From the IMG/VR virus record IMGVR_UViG_3300021061_000001: a stretch of DNA of 64,000 nucleotides; one strand, written 5' to 3'. The translations under genes and the position numbers were made by a program. Position 1 is the stretch's first letter, and every line of letters starts with the position of its first letter. This document shows, piece by piece, positions 41,703-49,868 of this stretch. Below the pieces are notes generated by a model that saw only the letters and a program-made list of their open reading frames with translations, was not told where the DNA came from and searched no databases. This stretch comes from a virus.

Positions 41703-42923
41703 TTACGCCATAGCCAGCTTGTAGGCTACCTGCTTCATCTGGTCGCCGGTTCCAGCGATCGCGCTCTCGAATCGCCGCGTACGGCGCTCGTCCAGGTCCT
41801 TCGCCTGGCGGCCAAGCGTGTTATGATCTGCGTGGTCGGTGATCGCGTTAAACGCCTTCCAGGCCGTGCCATCTTCGGCGATCTGCTCGCGGTGATAGCG
41901 GTCGATGATGTCAGCCAGGGCGGCGCGGTGGGCTGCTTCCTTGCGGGCCAGCGCCTTTTCGGCTTCCTCCTTGGCTCGCAGGTCGTGCGCGGCCGCCAGT
42001 TCGCGTACCAGCTCGCGAGACTCCTCGATGCGCATGATCTCGTCCAGGACATTGCGGGCGTAGGGGCGGATCTCCAGGCGCTTGCTTGCCATATGGGCGG
42101 CCGCAAGGGCAAACGCCTCGTGCGCCTTGGCCGTGTTGGCAAGCGCCCTTTCGGCATTGGCAAGCTTCTGTCGCACTGATCCGGTATGCCTGATGCTGAT
42201 GCCCTTCACGCGATCGCTGATCGACGCGGTAAAAGTGTTGTTGCAGACAACGCGCACCGATGTCGGATAGCAGTAGAGCGCGCCGGACCCATCGTGCGCC
42301 ATGGTCACCAGTGCGTATGCCTCGTTCCGGTCCTGCTTGCCGAAAACGAAGCATTGCTTGGGGAGCTGGGCCAACATCCAGACTTTGCGGCCGCCGTCCA
42401 GGGCCCCCGCGGTTTCATACTTCGCCCCGAAGCTTGAAAGCGCCCCGTCCAGGAGGCCGAAACCGTCCTTATTCTGGATCGGCGCATATCGGCTGCCAAC
42501 CGCGCCAAGAAAAGCGCCCGTGTCCTGCCTGACGATTCCCCAAGCGTCATCCGCAATGCGAGTCTCCCCGTTGTACGTGTAGGTGAGCTGCTGCTTCACA
42601 ACCTGCCAGTCCAGGGAAGCCAGGCGGATTGCATCCGCGCTCGAAACCGCTTCGCGCACGAGTACGCCGAGCCCGTGCCATGGCAGCGTGCCGGCGGCCA
42701 TGATCGCCACTCGGCCAGTGCTGTTGTCCAGCGCGTGGCAGGAGTTGTAGTAATCGTGGTTCTCGCTCACGATCTCCGGCCCGGCGCCGTTGCCAATTTC
42801 GGTAGCTTCGAGCATGGCCCGCAATTCGGCGCGGCGCTTTTCGGCGTGATCCCCCTTCGTCGATCGCAGCATTTCCAGCTCTTTTCCGAGTTGAGAAAAC
42901 AGGCTAGCCCATTGCTGGCCCAT
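41703..42923 (-). CDS. DUF932-like phage/plasmid protein (about 406 aa)
   Basis: The motifs LPWHGLG, IVRQDTG..LG.VG.RY.P.QN, GGRKVW, HDGSGA and VRVVCNNT fit my memory of DUF932/TIGR03299. The start is uncertain (ATG at 42923; the track start is TTG at 42938). Confidence 0.7.
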   Translation of the reverse strand: MGQQWASLFSQLGKELEMLRSTKGDHAEKRRAELRAMLEATEIGNGAGPEIVSENHDYYNSCHALDNSTGRVAIMAAGTLPWHGLGVLVREAVSSADAIRLASLDWQVVKQQLTYTYNGETRIADDAWGIVRQDTGAFLGAVGSRYAPIQNKDGFGLLDGALSSFGAKYETAGALDGGRKVWMLAQLPKQCFVFGKQDRNEAYALVTMAHDGSGALYCYPTSVRVVCNNTFTASISDRVKGISIRHTGSVRQKLANAERALANTAKAHEAFALAAAHMASKRLEIRPYARNVLDEIMRIEESRELVRELAAAHDLRAKEEAEKALARKEAAHRAALADIIDRYHREQIAEDGTAWKAFNAITDHADHNTLGRQAKDLDERRTRRFESAIAGTGDQMKQVAYKLAMA

Positions 42924-42962
42924 ACCATCGCCCCGCAACAGCGCGCGGGGCGTTAGTGCGGG

Positions 42963-43187
42963 TCAGAACCCCAGCAACTCACGACCGTAGGCGAATGCCT
43001 TTTCCCAGGCAGGAAAGCGGCAGTCGATGTAGATCGCGCTCGGCCCAACCGTGGACAGCATGACCTTGCAGATGCCGAACCCGTAAACCGCTTCAATCTT
43101 GTCTGCCAGGTCACAAAGCCCGTTGCTGTCCCGATGGGAAACCAGATGCTTTGTCCCTTGCCACCAATGCCGATTCTCGCTTGCCAT
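42963..43187 (-). CDS. small protein (74 aa)
   Basis: Balanced composition within the operon. Confidence 0.55.
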   Translation of the reverse strand: MASENRHWWQGTKHLVSHRDSNGLCDLADKIEAVYGFGICKVMLSTVGPSAIYIDCRFPAWEKAFAYGRELLGF

Positions 43188-43206
43188 TGCCCAGCCCCTT
43201 TCACGG

Positions 43207-43449
43207 TTAAATCAACCCCTCATCCTGCGCCGCCTCGATACTCAACATCGCCTTTTCAATCGCCAGCTCGGCATCCTGGAGATGCGCCACTGCTTCCGGG
43301 ATCAACTCCCCTTCGTCGTTCTCCGGGTCCTGACGCTCTTCCAAGTCGGCATAGGCGTCAGATACCAGCGTCATCAGCTCGGCAAGGGTTAGTTCCATGG
43401 GCTGCCCCTTGACGGTTACCGCAACGGTCACGTCCGTTCTCTGCTTCAT
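43207..43449 (-). CDS. small acidic protein (80 aa)
   Basis: ATGA overlap with the upstream small gene. Confidence 0.55.
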   Translation of the reverse strand: MKQRTDVTVAVTVKGQPMELTLAELMTLVSDAYADLEERQDPENDEGELIPEAVAHLQDAELAIEKAMLSIEAAQDEGLI

Positions 43450-43622
43450 GACAGCCCCTTCACGATTCCAACAGCCAGGAATACCAGCCCGGTAATGTCA
43501 GCGGACCACGCCGGGAATCCCAGCGTCACCAGCCCGGCGCCGATCACGATGCCGATTCCCAGCATGTGGAATACCCTGGCTAGGGCAGTCAGTTCCGGCA
43601 CATGATCCCGATTCCGTTTCAT
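43446..43622 (-). CDS. small two-TM membrane protein (58 aa, below the ORF-track cutoff)
   Basis: ATG at 43622 has GGGAGGGG 6 nt upstream. The translation is MKRNRDHVPELTALARVFHMLGIGIVIGAGLVTLGFPAWSADITGLVFLAVGIVKGLS. Confidence 0.55.
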   Translation of the reverse strand: MKRNRDHVPELTALARVFHMLGIGIVIGAGLVTLGFPAWSADITGLVFLAVGIVKGLS

Positions 43623-43639
43623 CGCTTGCCCCTCCCGGT

Positions 43640-43726
43640 AAAACCGCTCTGGTCAAATTGACCAGTCAAGGGAAGAATAAACCACTTGACCGAAATGGTC
43701 AAATAGATTTTTTCCGAATTGGTCAA
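43640..43726 (-). promoter_or_regulatory. early promoter with clustered TTGACC/GGTCAA operators
   Basis: On the minus strand, TTGACC-atttc-GGTCAA-gtggtt-TATTCT spans 43702 down to 43674. The perfect palindrome TGGTCAAATTGACCA lies at 43650-43664. A further GGTCAA lies at 43721-43726. Confidence 0.6.
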
Positions 43727-43861
43727 AAAACCGGAAAGACCTGAAAAGGCCAGAAGATCGGCAAAGGAAAAAAACCGGAAGGGACGAAACCGAGAAAGGA
43801 AAAAAGACCGGCCCAGCTCGAAAACCGCCCGATTCCCAGGGAATCAGCCCAAAATGTGACC

Positions 43862-44270
43862 CTAAGCGGCCCAGAGTACCGTACAGGGAACACAGAACCA
43901 AGGAATACGGCACCAGCACCACCAGCCCAGCACCAGAACCAGCAGCACCAACAGAGCAGTACGGGGGCAGGAACCAGAGCACGCTCGGGGCATGATCCAG
44001 GCATGACCTGGCATATGCAACCAGCAGCACCAGTCCCGTCCCCGGGCCAGCCACCAGCCCAGCCACCAGCCCAGCCACCAGTCCAGCCCCTCATACACCA
44101 ACACCTAACCCCGGCATCAGCACATGACCAGCCCCACTACCAGCCCTGCACCAGCAGCAGCACAGTACGTAAGCTGCTGCAGCAGCAGCACTACAGCAGA
44201 GCGGGGCAGGAGCAGGAGCAGGAGCGGGGCAGGAGCGGGGGCCGGCGCAGGAGCAGGAGCAGGCCGGTGG
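43862..44270. repeat. T-depleted CA-rich / GA-rich low-complexity tract with short tandem repeats
   Basis: CCAGCCACCAGC occurs three times at 44047-44082. GCAGGA hexamer runs lie at 44204-44264. CAG/CAC/CCA runs are present. All reading frames are open because + strand T is rare. Confidence 0.75.
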
Positions 44271-44340
44271 TATACCCGGAGTGCCCCCAGATGGGGGGGC
44301 TGGCGGGTCTTCATATGCTGGCGGTGGGGTTTTTCGGACA

Positions 44341-44668
44341 TTATCGTGTTTTGGAACTGGAGCAGATCCTGTTGCTGCCCCAGAGTTTACGAGGCTTGCC
44401 GAGATGAGATTGCTTGGTGACGCCAGTGAGCCAGGACCATGTTTGGCCGGTTTTGATTCCAGAGACGGTGTTGACGCTGATTCGGTATCTGGCTGCAAGC
44501 GTTTGAAGTTTCGCCCCGGCCGGTTCCTTCTTTGAACGTGACATAGTCGTAACCGTACTGGTTCTTGCAGGATTTGATCCTTCTGTCGCCTTTCCAGACG
44601 CTGCCATCAGAGCCGATGCGAAACCCTGGCTGGCCCATGATCTCTCGGTATTCAACGGTTTCGTTCAT
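44341..44668 (-). pseudogene. NUMOD4-like N-terminus and HTH C-terminus in two frames (frameshifted homing-endonuclease-related gene)
   Basis: Frame 1 gives MNETVEYREIMGQPGFRIGSDGSVWKGDRRIKSCKNQYGYDYVTF. Frame 2 gives KLQTLAARYRISVNTVSGIKTGQTWSW. The junction is near 44515-44540. Confidence 0.45.
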
Positions 44669-44949
44669 GATTTTCTCAGGCAGGAACAGGACTGGTACCC
44701 CATGCGGCGGTGGCGGGGGCAGGCGGTGCCGAGTTGTTTGCGAGTTGAGTTGATGAGGCGGTGGTCGGATTGGTCTTGGCTGCCGTGGCGGCTCAGGGTG
44801 TCTTCGGCGGCGTTTAAGATGGCTTTGCTGGCCCAGATAAGGAGATGTTCGCCGCTCATGGCGGCTACTTTCTCCAGGAGGGCGTGTTCCTTGGGGGTGA
44901 GGGAGATCGTGATGGTGTAGGCGAATTCGGGCTTTTTGGTGCGTGGCAT
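44665..44949 (-). CDS. ribbon-helix-helix-like protein (94 aa)
   Basis: ATG at 44949. ITISLTPKEHALLEKVAAMSGE resembles an RHH/CopG-type N-terminus. Confidence 0.55.
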   Translation of the reverse strand: MPRTKKPEFAYTITISLTPKEHALLEKVAAMSGEHLLIWASKAILNAAEDTLSRHGSQDQSDHRLINSTRKQLGTACPRHRRMGYQSCSCLRKS

Positions 44950-44954
44950 GGCGA

Positions 44955-45131
44955 TCACTTCACTTTCTTTGGGTCGAGGGCCTTGAGTTGCTCCAGGCAG
45001 CGCTGGCAGATGTGGTTGAGGTCGGTCCAGCCAACGACGGTGAGCTTGCCGTCGGTGATGAGCAGGTGGACCAGGTTTTGCTCGCTGGCGCAGAGGTTGC
45101 AGACCGGGAGCGGCTTGTTGACGATGGTCAT
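44955..45131 (-). CDS. small zinc-ribbon protein (58 aa, below the ORF-track cutoff)
   Basis: ATG at 45131 overlaps the upstream stop. GAGGAAA RBS. It contains CNLC ... CQRC. Confidence 0.5.
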   Translation of the reverse strand: MTIVNKPLPVCNLCASEQNLVHLLITDGKLTVVGWTDLNHICQRCLEQLKALDPKKVK

Positions 45132-45403
45132 GGTTTCCTCGAAACGAGCATGGGCAGGATGCCCTTGTGGATGTGAATGCCGCAGAGGACGCCTTCTTCG
45201 TTGTAGCTGGCCGTTACGGCCCCTGGGATGATCTCCGTGGCTGTCTTGGGCTTTCCGGTGGCGGTGTAGATGTAGCAGCGATCCGGCGCGTAGTAGACGC
45301 GGACCTGGGAGGCTTCGGACATGGCGGCGCGGATCACGTCGGCGACCCTGGCGCGGGCCTCATCGGCCAGGCCGAGTGTCGCCGCCCACTGTTCGGGGGT
45401 CAT
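45128..45403 (-). CDS. hypothetical protein (91 aa)
   Basis: ATG at 45403 has GGGAGG 5 nt upstream. Confidence 0.6.
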   Translation of the reverse strand: MTPEQWAATLGLADEARARVADVIRAAMSEASQVRVYYAPDRCYIYTATGKPKTATEIIPGAVTASYNEEGVLCGIHIHKGILPMLVSRKP

Positions 45404-45439
45404 TTCCGCCTCCCTTCGGCTCTGGAACCACACGAGCGA

Positions 45440-45838
45440 TCATGGCTTGATCCTCCTCTTTGCTTCTTCCACCCTCTTGCGCATCCTGGCAGCGTCCTCG
45501 ACGACGTGGGAATTGCTCCGCAGCCACGAATACAGGTGGCCGAACGCAAAATGGTCGCGGCGGCAGAGCGTGATGAGGTTGGCCGCGTCACATTCCAGGT
45601 CCGGCCGCTCGGCAAACGGAACAACATGGTGAACCTCGATATCGTTCGCCGTGCCGCACACCTCGCAGCGCGGGTGCTTGGCCAGGTGGGCCGCCCTCGC
45701 TTTGGTCCAGCACGCCGTTCGCGCTGTATGGCCGACTGGCGGAACTGCCTCTTCGGCGGTTGGCATGTTCATGCCGACCAGGGCGCCGATCAGCAGAGTG
45801 ACCAGATAAGCCAGCGGATTGCTTCTTCGATGTGGCAC
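45440..45838 (-). CDS. HNH endonuclease with hydrophobic N-terminal segment (132 aa)
   Basis: CEVCG ... EVHHVVP ... NLITLC..DH...GH. Confidence 0.7.
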   Translation of the reverse strand: MPHRRSNPLAYLVTLLIGALVGMNMPTAEEAVPPVGHTARTACWTKARAAHLAKHPRCEVCGTANDIEVHHVVPFAERPDLECDAANLITLCRRDHFAFGHLYSWLRSNSHVVEDAARMRKRVEEAKRRIKP

Positions 45839-45839
45839 T

Positions 45840-45980
45840 TTACGACCGCCCCGCCCATTTGCAGGCGCATGCCAGACCGAAGAGGATCGAGGCGGCGAGG
45901 TTGCCCCAGAACAGGTAATGGTCGGGGGTGGTAAAGAGTACCGTGGCCGAGCAGCACAGGGCCGCGAAAGATCGGATCAT
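45840..45980 (-). CDS. small hydrophobic peptide (46 aa)
   Basis: ATG at 45980 overlaps the upstream stop (ATGA). The translation is MIRSFAALCCSATVLFTTPDHYLFWGNLAASILFGLACACKWAGRS. Confidence 0.4.
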   Translation of the reverse strand: MIRSFAALCCSATVLFTTPDHYLFWGNLAASILFGLACACKWAGRS

Positions 45981-46396
45981 GTGGTGGGCTCCTTGACTCG
46001 GGACGCTTCACGCTTCTTCGCCTCGGCAAGCATAGCTTCCGCAGCATCGAAGCACACGCTGGCAAACAGGGTCCACTCCATTTCGGCGTGGTCCACGATG
46101 CCCATCGCCGCCACCGCCCAGCGCCGCACCCACTCGTTGTCATGCGCTCGCTCCATCATGGCAGCTTGTTTGGCTTTGTCCTTTACCGCTGCCGCCGCCT
46201 CCAGGAAGTCAACGACCTCTTGCCGCGTGCCCTTGGCAATCTCGAAGATTCCTAATTTTGCGGCTGGCTCAGTCGCAGGCTCGCCGACGCAGACCGGCTC
46301 GTCGGCTCGTCTGGGGCAGTCGGGATGGTGCTCGTTCACCGACTCGCCCTCCTTGCGGTTCCACAGGCGGCATTCGCACAATTCGGGGCTCATCAT
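45977..46396 (-). CDS. hypothetical protein (139 aa), first gene of the minus-strand block
   Basis: The N-terminus is Cys/His-rich (CECRLWN ... HHPDCP). GAGGAAAAG RBS. Confidence 0.6.
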   Translation of the reverse strand: MMSPELCECRLWNRKEGESVNEHHPDCPRRADEPVCVGEPATEPAAKLGIFEIAKGTRQEVVDFLEAAAAVKDKAKQAAMMERAHDNEWVRRWAVAAMGIVDHAEMEWTLFASVCFDAAEAMLAEAKKREASRVKEPTT

Positions 46397-46496
46397 CTTT
46401 TCCTCACTGGTGTGGTATTAGTCCAAAACGGACAAAAACAGTCTACGCCGCTTGGCCAAAGGGTGCAAGAAATTTTGTCAAAAACGGTCTAAGTCC

Positions 46497-46526
46497 TTGA
46501 CTGAGCGAGCGGCTCGGCTGTAAATT
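46497..46526 (+). promoter_or_regulatory. candidate sigma70-like late promoter
   Basis: TTGACT - 18 nt - TAAATT. The spacer contains the dyad CGAGC-G-GCTCG. The host is unknown, so the consensus may not apply. Confidence 0.35.
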
Positions 46527-46715
46527 GTGAGCAAGAAGCCGCAAGGTGGCGGCGCATCCACACCTCGAAAAAGCGGACCAAGAGATGCAAGCAAGCGTCG
46601 TTGGCAACCCAAAAACCCCCACAAGATAACGCCCGCTCGGATTTGGCAAGGAACCGACAACCAGCATTTGGCGACATGGGCGACTGATCCCCGCCTGTGA
46701 CACCAGCAAAACAGG

Positions 46716-46758
46716 TAGCCGTCGAGGGCTCGACACCTCGGCGGCTATTTTCGTTTTT
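46716..46758 (+). terminator. intrinsic terminator 45 nt upstream of the first late gene
   Basis: A 12-bp stem (TAGCCGTCGAGG / CCTCGGCGGCTA, one G-U pair) with an 8-nt loop is followed by TTTTCGTTTTTG. Confidence 0.7.
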
Positions 46759-46802
46759 GCTCGTCCTTGCTGGTTGTCGGTTTCTTTTTTACGAGGCACT
46801 TC

Positions 46803-47951
46803 ATGGCAGACGAAGCCCCCCTGTTCCAAGCGGACACGTCGGAAGCCGCTCCCGCCAGCACCACTCCCGAACCTTCCGCGCCCGAAACACAGCCGGTCGC
46901 GGAAGCGTCTCCAGAACAACCGGCAGCGCAGCCAGCGCAGCCGTCAAGCCAGCCCGATACCGCAGCACAACAAGCCGCCCAGCCCGCCCAGCAGCCGTGG
47001 TGGTCCAGTCTGGGGGCCGACGAGTCCGCCGCGCAAGCCGCCGTCAACGGCATGCGGCAGCAGCTCGAACAGATGCGGCAACTCGCGCCTTACGCGAACT
47101 TCGTGGCGCAGTATCCGCAGGAAGTCCAGGAGTTCATTCGGGCCCGACACCAGAAGCAGCAACCGGCCGCCGCGCCCGCCACGGAAAAATCGTGGTACGA
47201 CGGGCTGTACGAGGCCCCGGAATACGATCCGGCCTGGCTGACGATGGTGCAGAAGAACCCGACCACGGGCCTGATCGAGTCTTTGCCGGGCTACCCGGCC
47301 GAAATCGGCCTCAAAGTGCAGGCCGCCTTGCACCACCAGCAGCAAGTGCAGCGGCGTTTCCTGGAAAATCCGCCCGAGTTCATCAAGCCCTTCGCGGAGC
47401 GGATCGCCGAGCAGGTGGCCGAAAAGGTCGTGCAGCGGCACCTGGGAGGCCGCGACGAACAGCAACTTCAGCGCGACTTCATCAACCAGAACAACGGCTG
47501 GCTCTACGAGCGCGACGACAAGGGCCAGCAGCGCATGACGCACGTCTGGGATCCCAACACCGGGCGGCAGGTGCAGACGCCGGTCCTGTCCGTGTGGGGC
47601 AAGCGCTACCGCGACCTGCTCAACGAGCGGCACGCCTACCAGATGCAGCGCTTCGGCCAGGCCGACTACCAGGATCAACTGGCGTGGGCGCTGGCGCACG
47701 TCAAGAACGAATACTACGAGTGGGCGCAGCAGCACGGCCAGCCACAGGCCGCAGCGCAGCCCGCTCCGGCACAGCCTGCCGCCGACCCGCGCAGTCCGCG
47801 CGAGAAGGCCAATGAGCAGTGGCTGGCCGGCCAGCCCAAGGCCGGTTCTCGGCCGTCCAACGGAAACACCGCACCCGCCGATACCCCCGTGACCAACAAC
47901 ACGTTCGCATCCCACCTGCTGCGTGAGCTGGAAACAGCCGGCGCGGCATAG
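46803..47951 (+). CDS. scaffolding-like protein (382 aa)
   Basis: ATG at 46803 has a GAGG RBS. It has Pro/Gln/Ala-rich ends and a helical core and lies directly upstream of the capsid gene. Confidence 0.6.
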   Translation: MADEAPLFQADTSEAAPASTTPEPSAPETQPVAEASPEQPAAQPAQPSSQPDTAAQQAAQPAQQPWWSSLGADESAAQAAVNGMRQQLEQMRQLAPYANFVAQYPQEVQEFIRARHQKQQPAAAPATEKSWYDGLYEAPEYDPAWLTMVQKNPTTGLIESLPGYPAEIGLKVQAALHHQQQVQRRFLENPPEFIKPFAERIAEQVAEKVVQRHLGGRDEQQLQRDFINQNNGWLYERDDKGQQRMTHVWDPNTGRQVQTPVLSVWGKRYRDLLNERHAYQMQRFGQADYQDQLAWALAHVKNEYYEWAQQHGQPQAAAQPAPAQPAADPRSPREKANEQWLAGQPKAGSRPSNGNTAPADTPVTNNTFASHLLRELETAGAA

Positions 47952-47973
47952 GGCCAGTTTGGGGGTTTAGGAC

Positions 47974-49122
47974 ATGGACCAAGCAACGCTTCGCGCGATC
48001 AACACCACGATCGCCAAGTATTTCAAGACCGTCGAAGAGGCGGTTTTGCGCAAGCGCGTTGTCCTCGCCATGCTCATGAGCAAGGGCAATATCCACATGG
48101 GGGCCTCGGGCCTCAAGATGAACTGGAAGATCCGCTTCAGGCGCACCAGTTCGCAGCCGCTCCTGGGCGGCCAGACCCTGACCTTCGTGCCGCGCGACCA
48201 GTGGCGCACGGCCGAACTGGGCTGGCGCGGTTTCGCCTCCACCAACTCCATCGAGGAGTTCGAGCTGGAGATGAACAAGGGCAAGGAAGCCATCGTCAAC
48301 GTCTGGTCCAACGCGGCCAAGCTGCTCGCCTCGGACATCGAGCAGAACTTCGCCGACCAGCTCTACACCGACGGCGAGGCTTCCGGCCGCGAGTCGGACC
48401 TGCACGGCTTCGAGTCGATCTTCGGCACCAACGGCGTTTCGACCAAGCGCCCCATCGGCATCAACGACGATAGCTACGCCGGTGTCGCCACCGACCTGGC
48501 CTCCGAGGGTGGTTCGTGGTCCACGACCGGCACCAATACGTCGTACACCGACTGGCCCGACGGCCGCGGCGACTACCACTACGACTTCTTCACCCCGCTC
48601 GTGGTCAACTACTCCTCCACGATCTCGACCAGCGCCGGCGCCGGCAACATCGGCTGGTCGGCCTCGACCAAGACCTGGCTCAACACCTGCATCGAGGCGC
48701 TGCGATTCGGCATCCTGGGCTGCTCCAAGAACGACGGCCCCGACGCCAAGATGGACCTCATCATCCTCGAACAGGCCATGATGCGGGACCTCAAGAACAA
48801 GCTCCAGGCCGAGGAGCAGATCACGGTCACGAAGAACACCGGCCCGGGCAGCCCCTACGCCCTGGGCTTCACCGACACGATCAACGTGGACGGCGTGGAC
48901 TGCATGTGGGAGTACGGCGTGCCGGCCAACGTCGGCTACGGCCTGCCTTTGGGCCTCATCGAGCTGCACTCGCTCAAGCCCAAGCTGTTCAACCCCGGCG
49001 GCCCGGACTTCCGCCCCGAGGATCAGTCCTGGCGGATCTGGACCAAGTTCATGGGCAATCTCAAGTTCGGCAACGAGAAGGGCGGCGTGCGGAACTTCCT
49101 CAAGTTCGCCGCTCTCGGCTAA
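47974..49122 (+). CDS. major capsid protein (382 aa)
   Basis: The call rests on size, position after the scaffold-like gene, composition, and the decoration-like gene and terminator that follow. The family was not confirmed. Confidence 0.65.
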   Translation: MDQATLRAINTTIAKYFKTVEEAVLRKRVVLAMLMSKGNIHMGASGLKMNWKIRFRRTSSQPLLGGQTLTFVPRDQWRTAELGWRGFASTNSIEEFELEMNKGKEAIVNVWSNAAKLLASDIEQNFADQLYTDGEASGRESDLHGFESIFGTNGVSTKRPIGINDDSYAGVATDLASEGGSWSTTGTNTSYTDWPDGRGDYHYDFFTPLVVNYSSTISTSAGAGNIGWSASTKTWLNTCIEALRFGILGCSKNDGPDAKMDLIILEQAMMRDLKNKLQAEEQITVTKNTGPGSPYALGFTDTINVDGVDCMWEYGVPANVGYGLPLGLIELHSLKPKLFNPGGPDFRPEDQSWRIWTKFMGNLKFGNEKGGVRNFLKFAALG

Positions 49123-49177
49123 GTCGTCATCCGCGTTCGCTTAACCATCAACCGCTCACGATTTCGAGGATATTGCC

Positions 49178-49798
49178 ATGAACAGTCCCTTGATGGAACG
49201 CGGCCAGACGGCATACGGCCCGACCGCGTCCATTGACACCAACGCTCTCAAGTTCGTGCACTGGGAGGGCAAGGAGTTCACCTTCGAGGACATCGACTAC
49301 AACGATGTCTCGGTGGGGACCAAGCCGCTCCGCTCCAAGGCCATGGTCAAGTGCCGCATCGTGCGGAATATGTCGAGCGCCACCCTGCTTCCCAAGCGGC
49401 TGGCGCGGCTCAAGAAGTCGGGCCTCGACATCCTATCCCGCGTGGACGGCTATGCCTGCACCACGGCGGACGGCCCGTGCTACCCCATCGACGAGTTCCT
49501 GCCCGCGGCCGGTGTGCGGCACGGCGATCTCTTTTACGTCGTCGTCGAAGGCCCGGCCATGGTGCTCACCGACATTGCCTCGGGGGCCAACAACCTGATC
49601 TCGGTCGGCGACTGGCTCGTGTCCCTGACCGGCGCCACCACCGGCGCCACCACGTCGGGCCGCGTCAAGCCGCAGGACCTCACCGGCGCCACCGCCCTGC
49701 TCGGCAACGAGATCCAGCACCGCATCGGTCGGGCGCTGTCGGCCCAGACCACGGCCAACACGGCCAACAGCCTGCTCATGAACGTGACGAAGTTCTGA
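49178..49798 (+). CDS. capsid-associated (decoration-like) protein (206 aa)
   Basis: It lies immediately after the capsid gene and is followed by a hairpin. Confidence 0.55.
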   Translation: MNSPLMERGQTAYGPTASIDTNALKFVHWEGKEFTFEDIDYNDVSVGTKPLRSKAMVKCRIVRNMSSATLLPKRLARLKKSGLDILSRVDGYACTTADGPCYPIDEFLPAAGVRHGDLFYVVVEGPAMVLTDIASGANNLISVGDWLVSLTGATTGATTSGRVKPQDLTGATALLGNEIQHRIGRALSAQTTANTANSLLMNVTKF

Positions 49799-49816
49799 CC
49801 CGCACTGTCGTGCGCC

Positions 49817-49850
49817 GGCCCGGTCTGGCACCTGCCAGGCCGGGCTTTCC
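49817..49850 (+). terminator. candidate partial terminator after the capsid genes
   Basis: A 10-bp stem (CCCGGTCTGG / CCAGGCCGGG, one G-U pair) with a 6-nt loop is followed by CTTTCC. Confidence 0.4.
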
Positions 49851-49868
49851 CACACCCGAGGACTCGTC

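Noticed and set aside
43653-44498. Several overlapping ORFs on both strands (43653..44078 -, 43723..44094 -, 43856..44407 +, 44091..44498 -, 44117..44341 -).
   Set aside because: They are open only because the tract is T-depleted and low-complexity. Their translations are repetitive (WWLGWW, PAQPPAQP, APAPAP). None has a convincing RBS. The tract itself is reported as a finding instead.
46527-46700. A 57-codon basic ORF (GTG start) inside the late leader.
   Set aside because: Its start overlaps the putative -10 element and it has no RBS. Its composition is Lys/Arg/Pro-rich and low-complexity. It is kept only as a remote possibility within the leader finding.
46697-47915. Alternative-frame ORFs over the scaffold-like gene (46697..47815 +, 46944..47915 -).
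   Set aside because: Their translations are Arg/Pro/Gly-rich. The chosen frame has an RBS, a helical core and direct linkage to the capsid gene.
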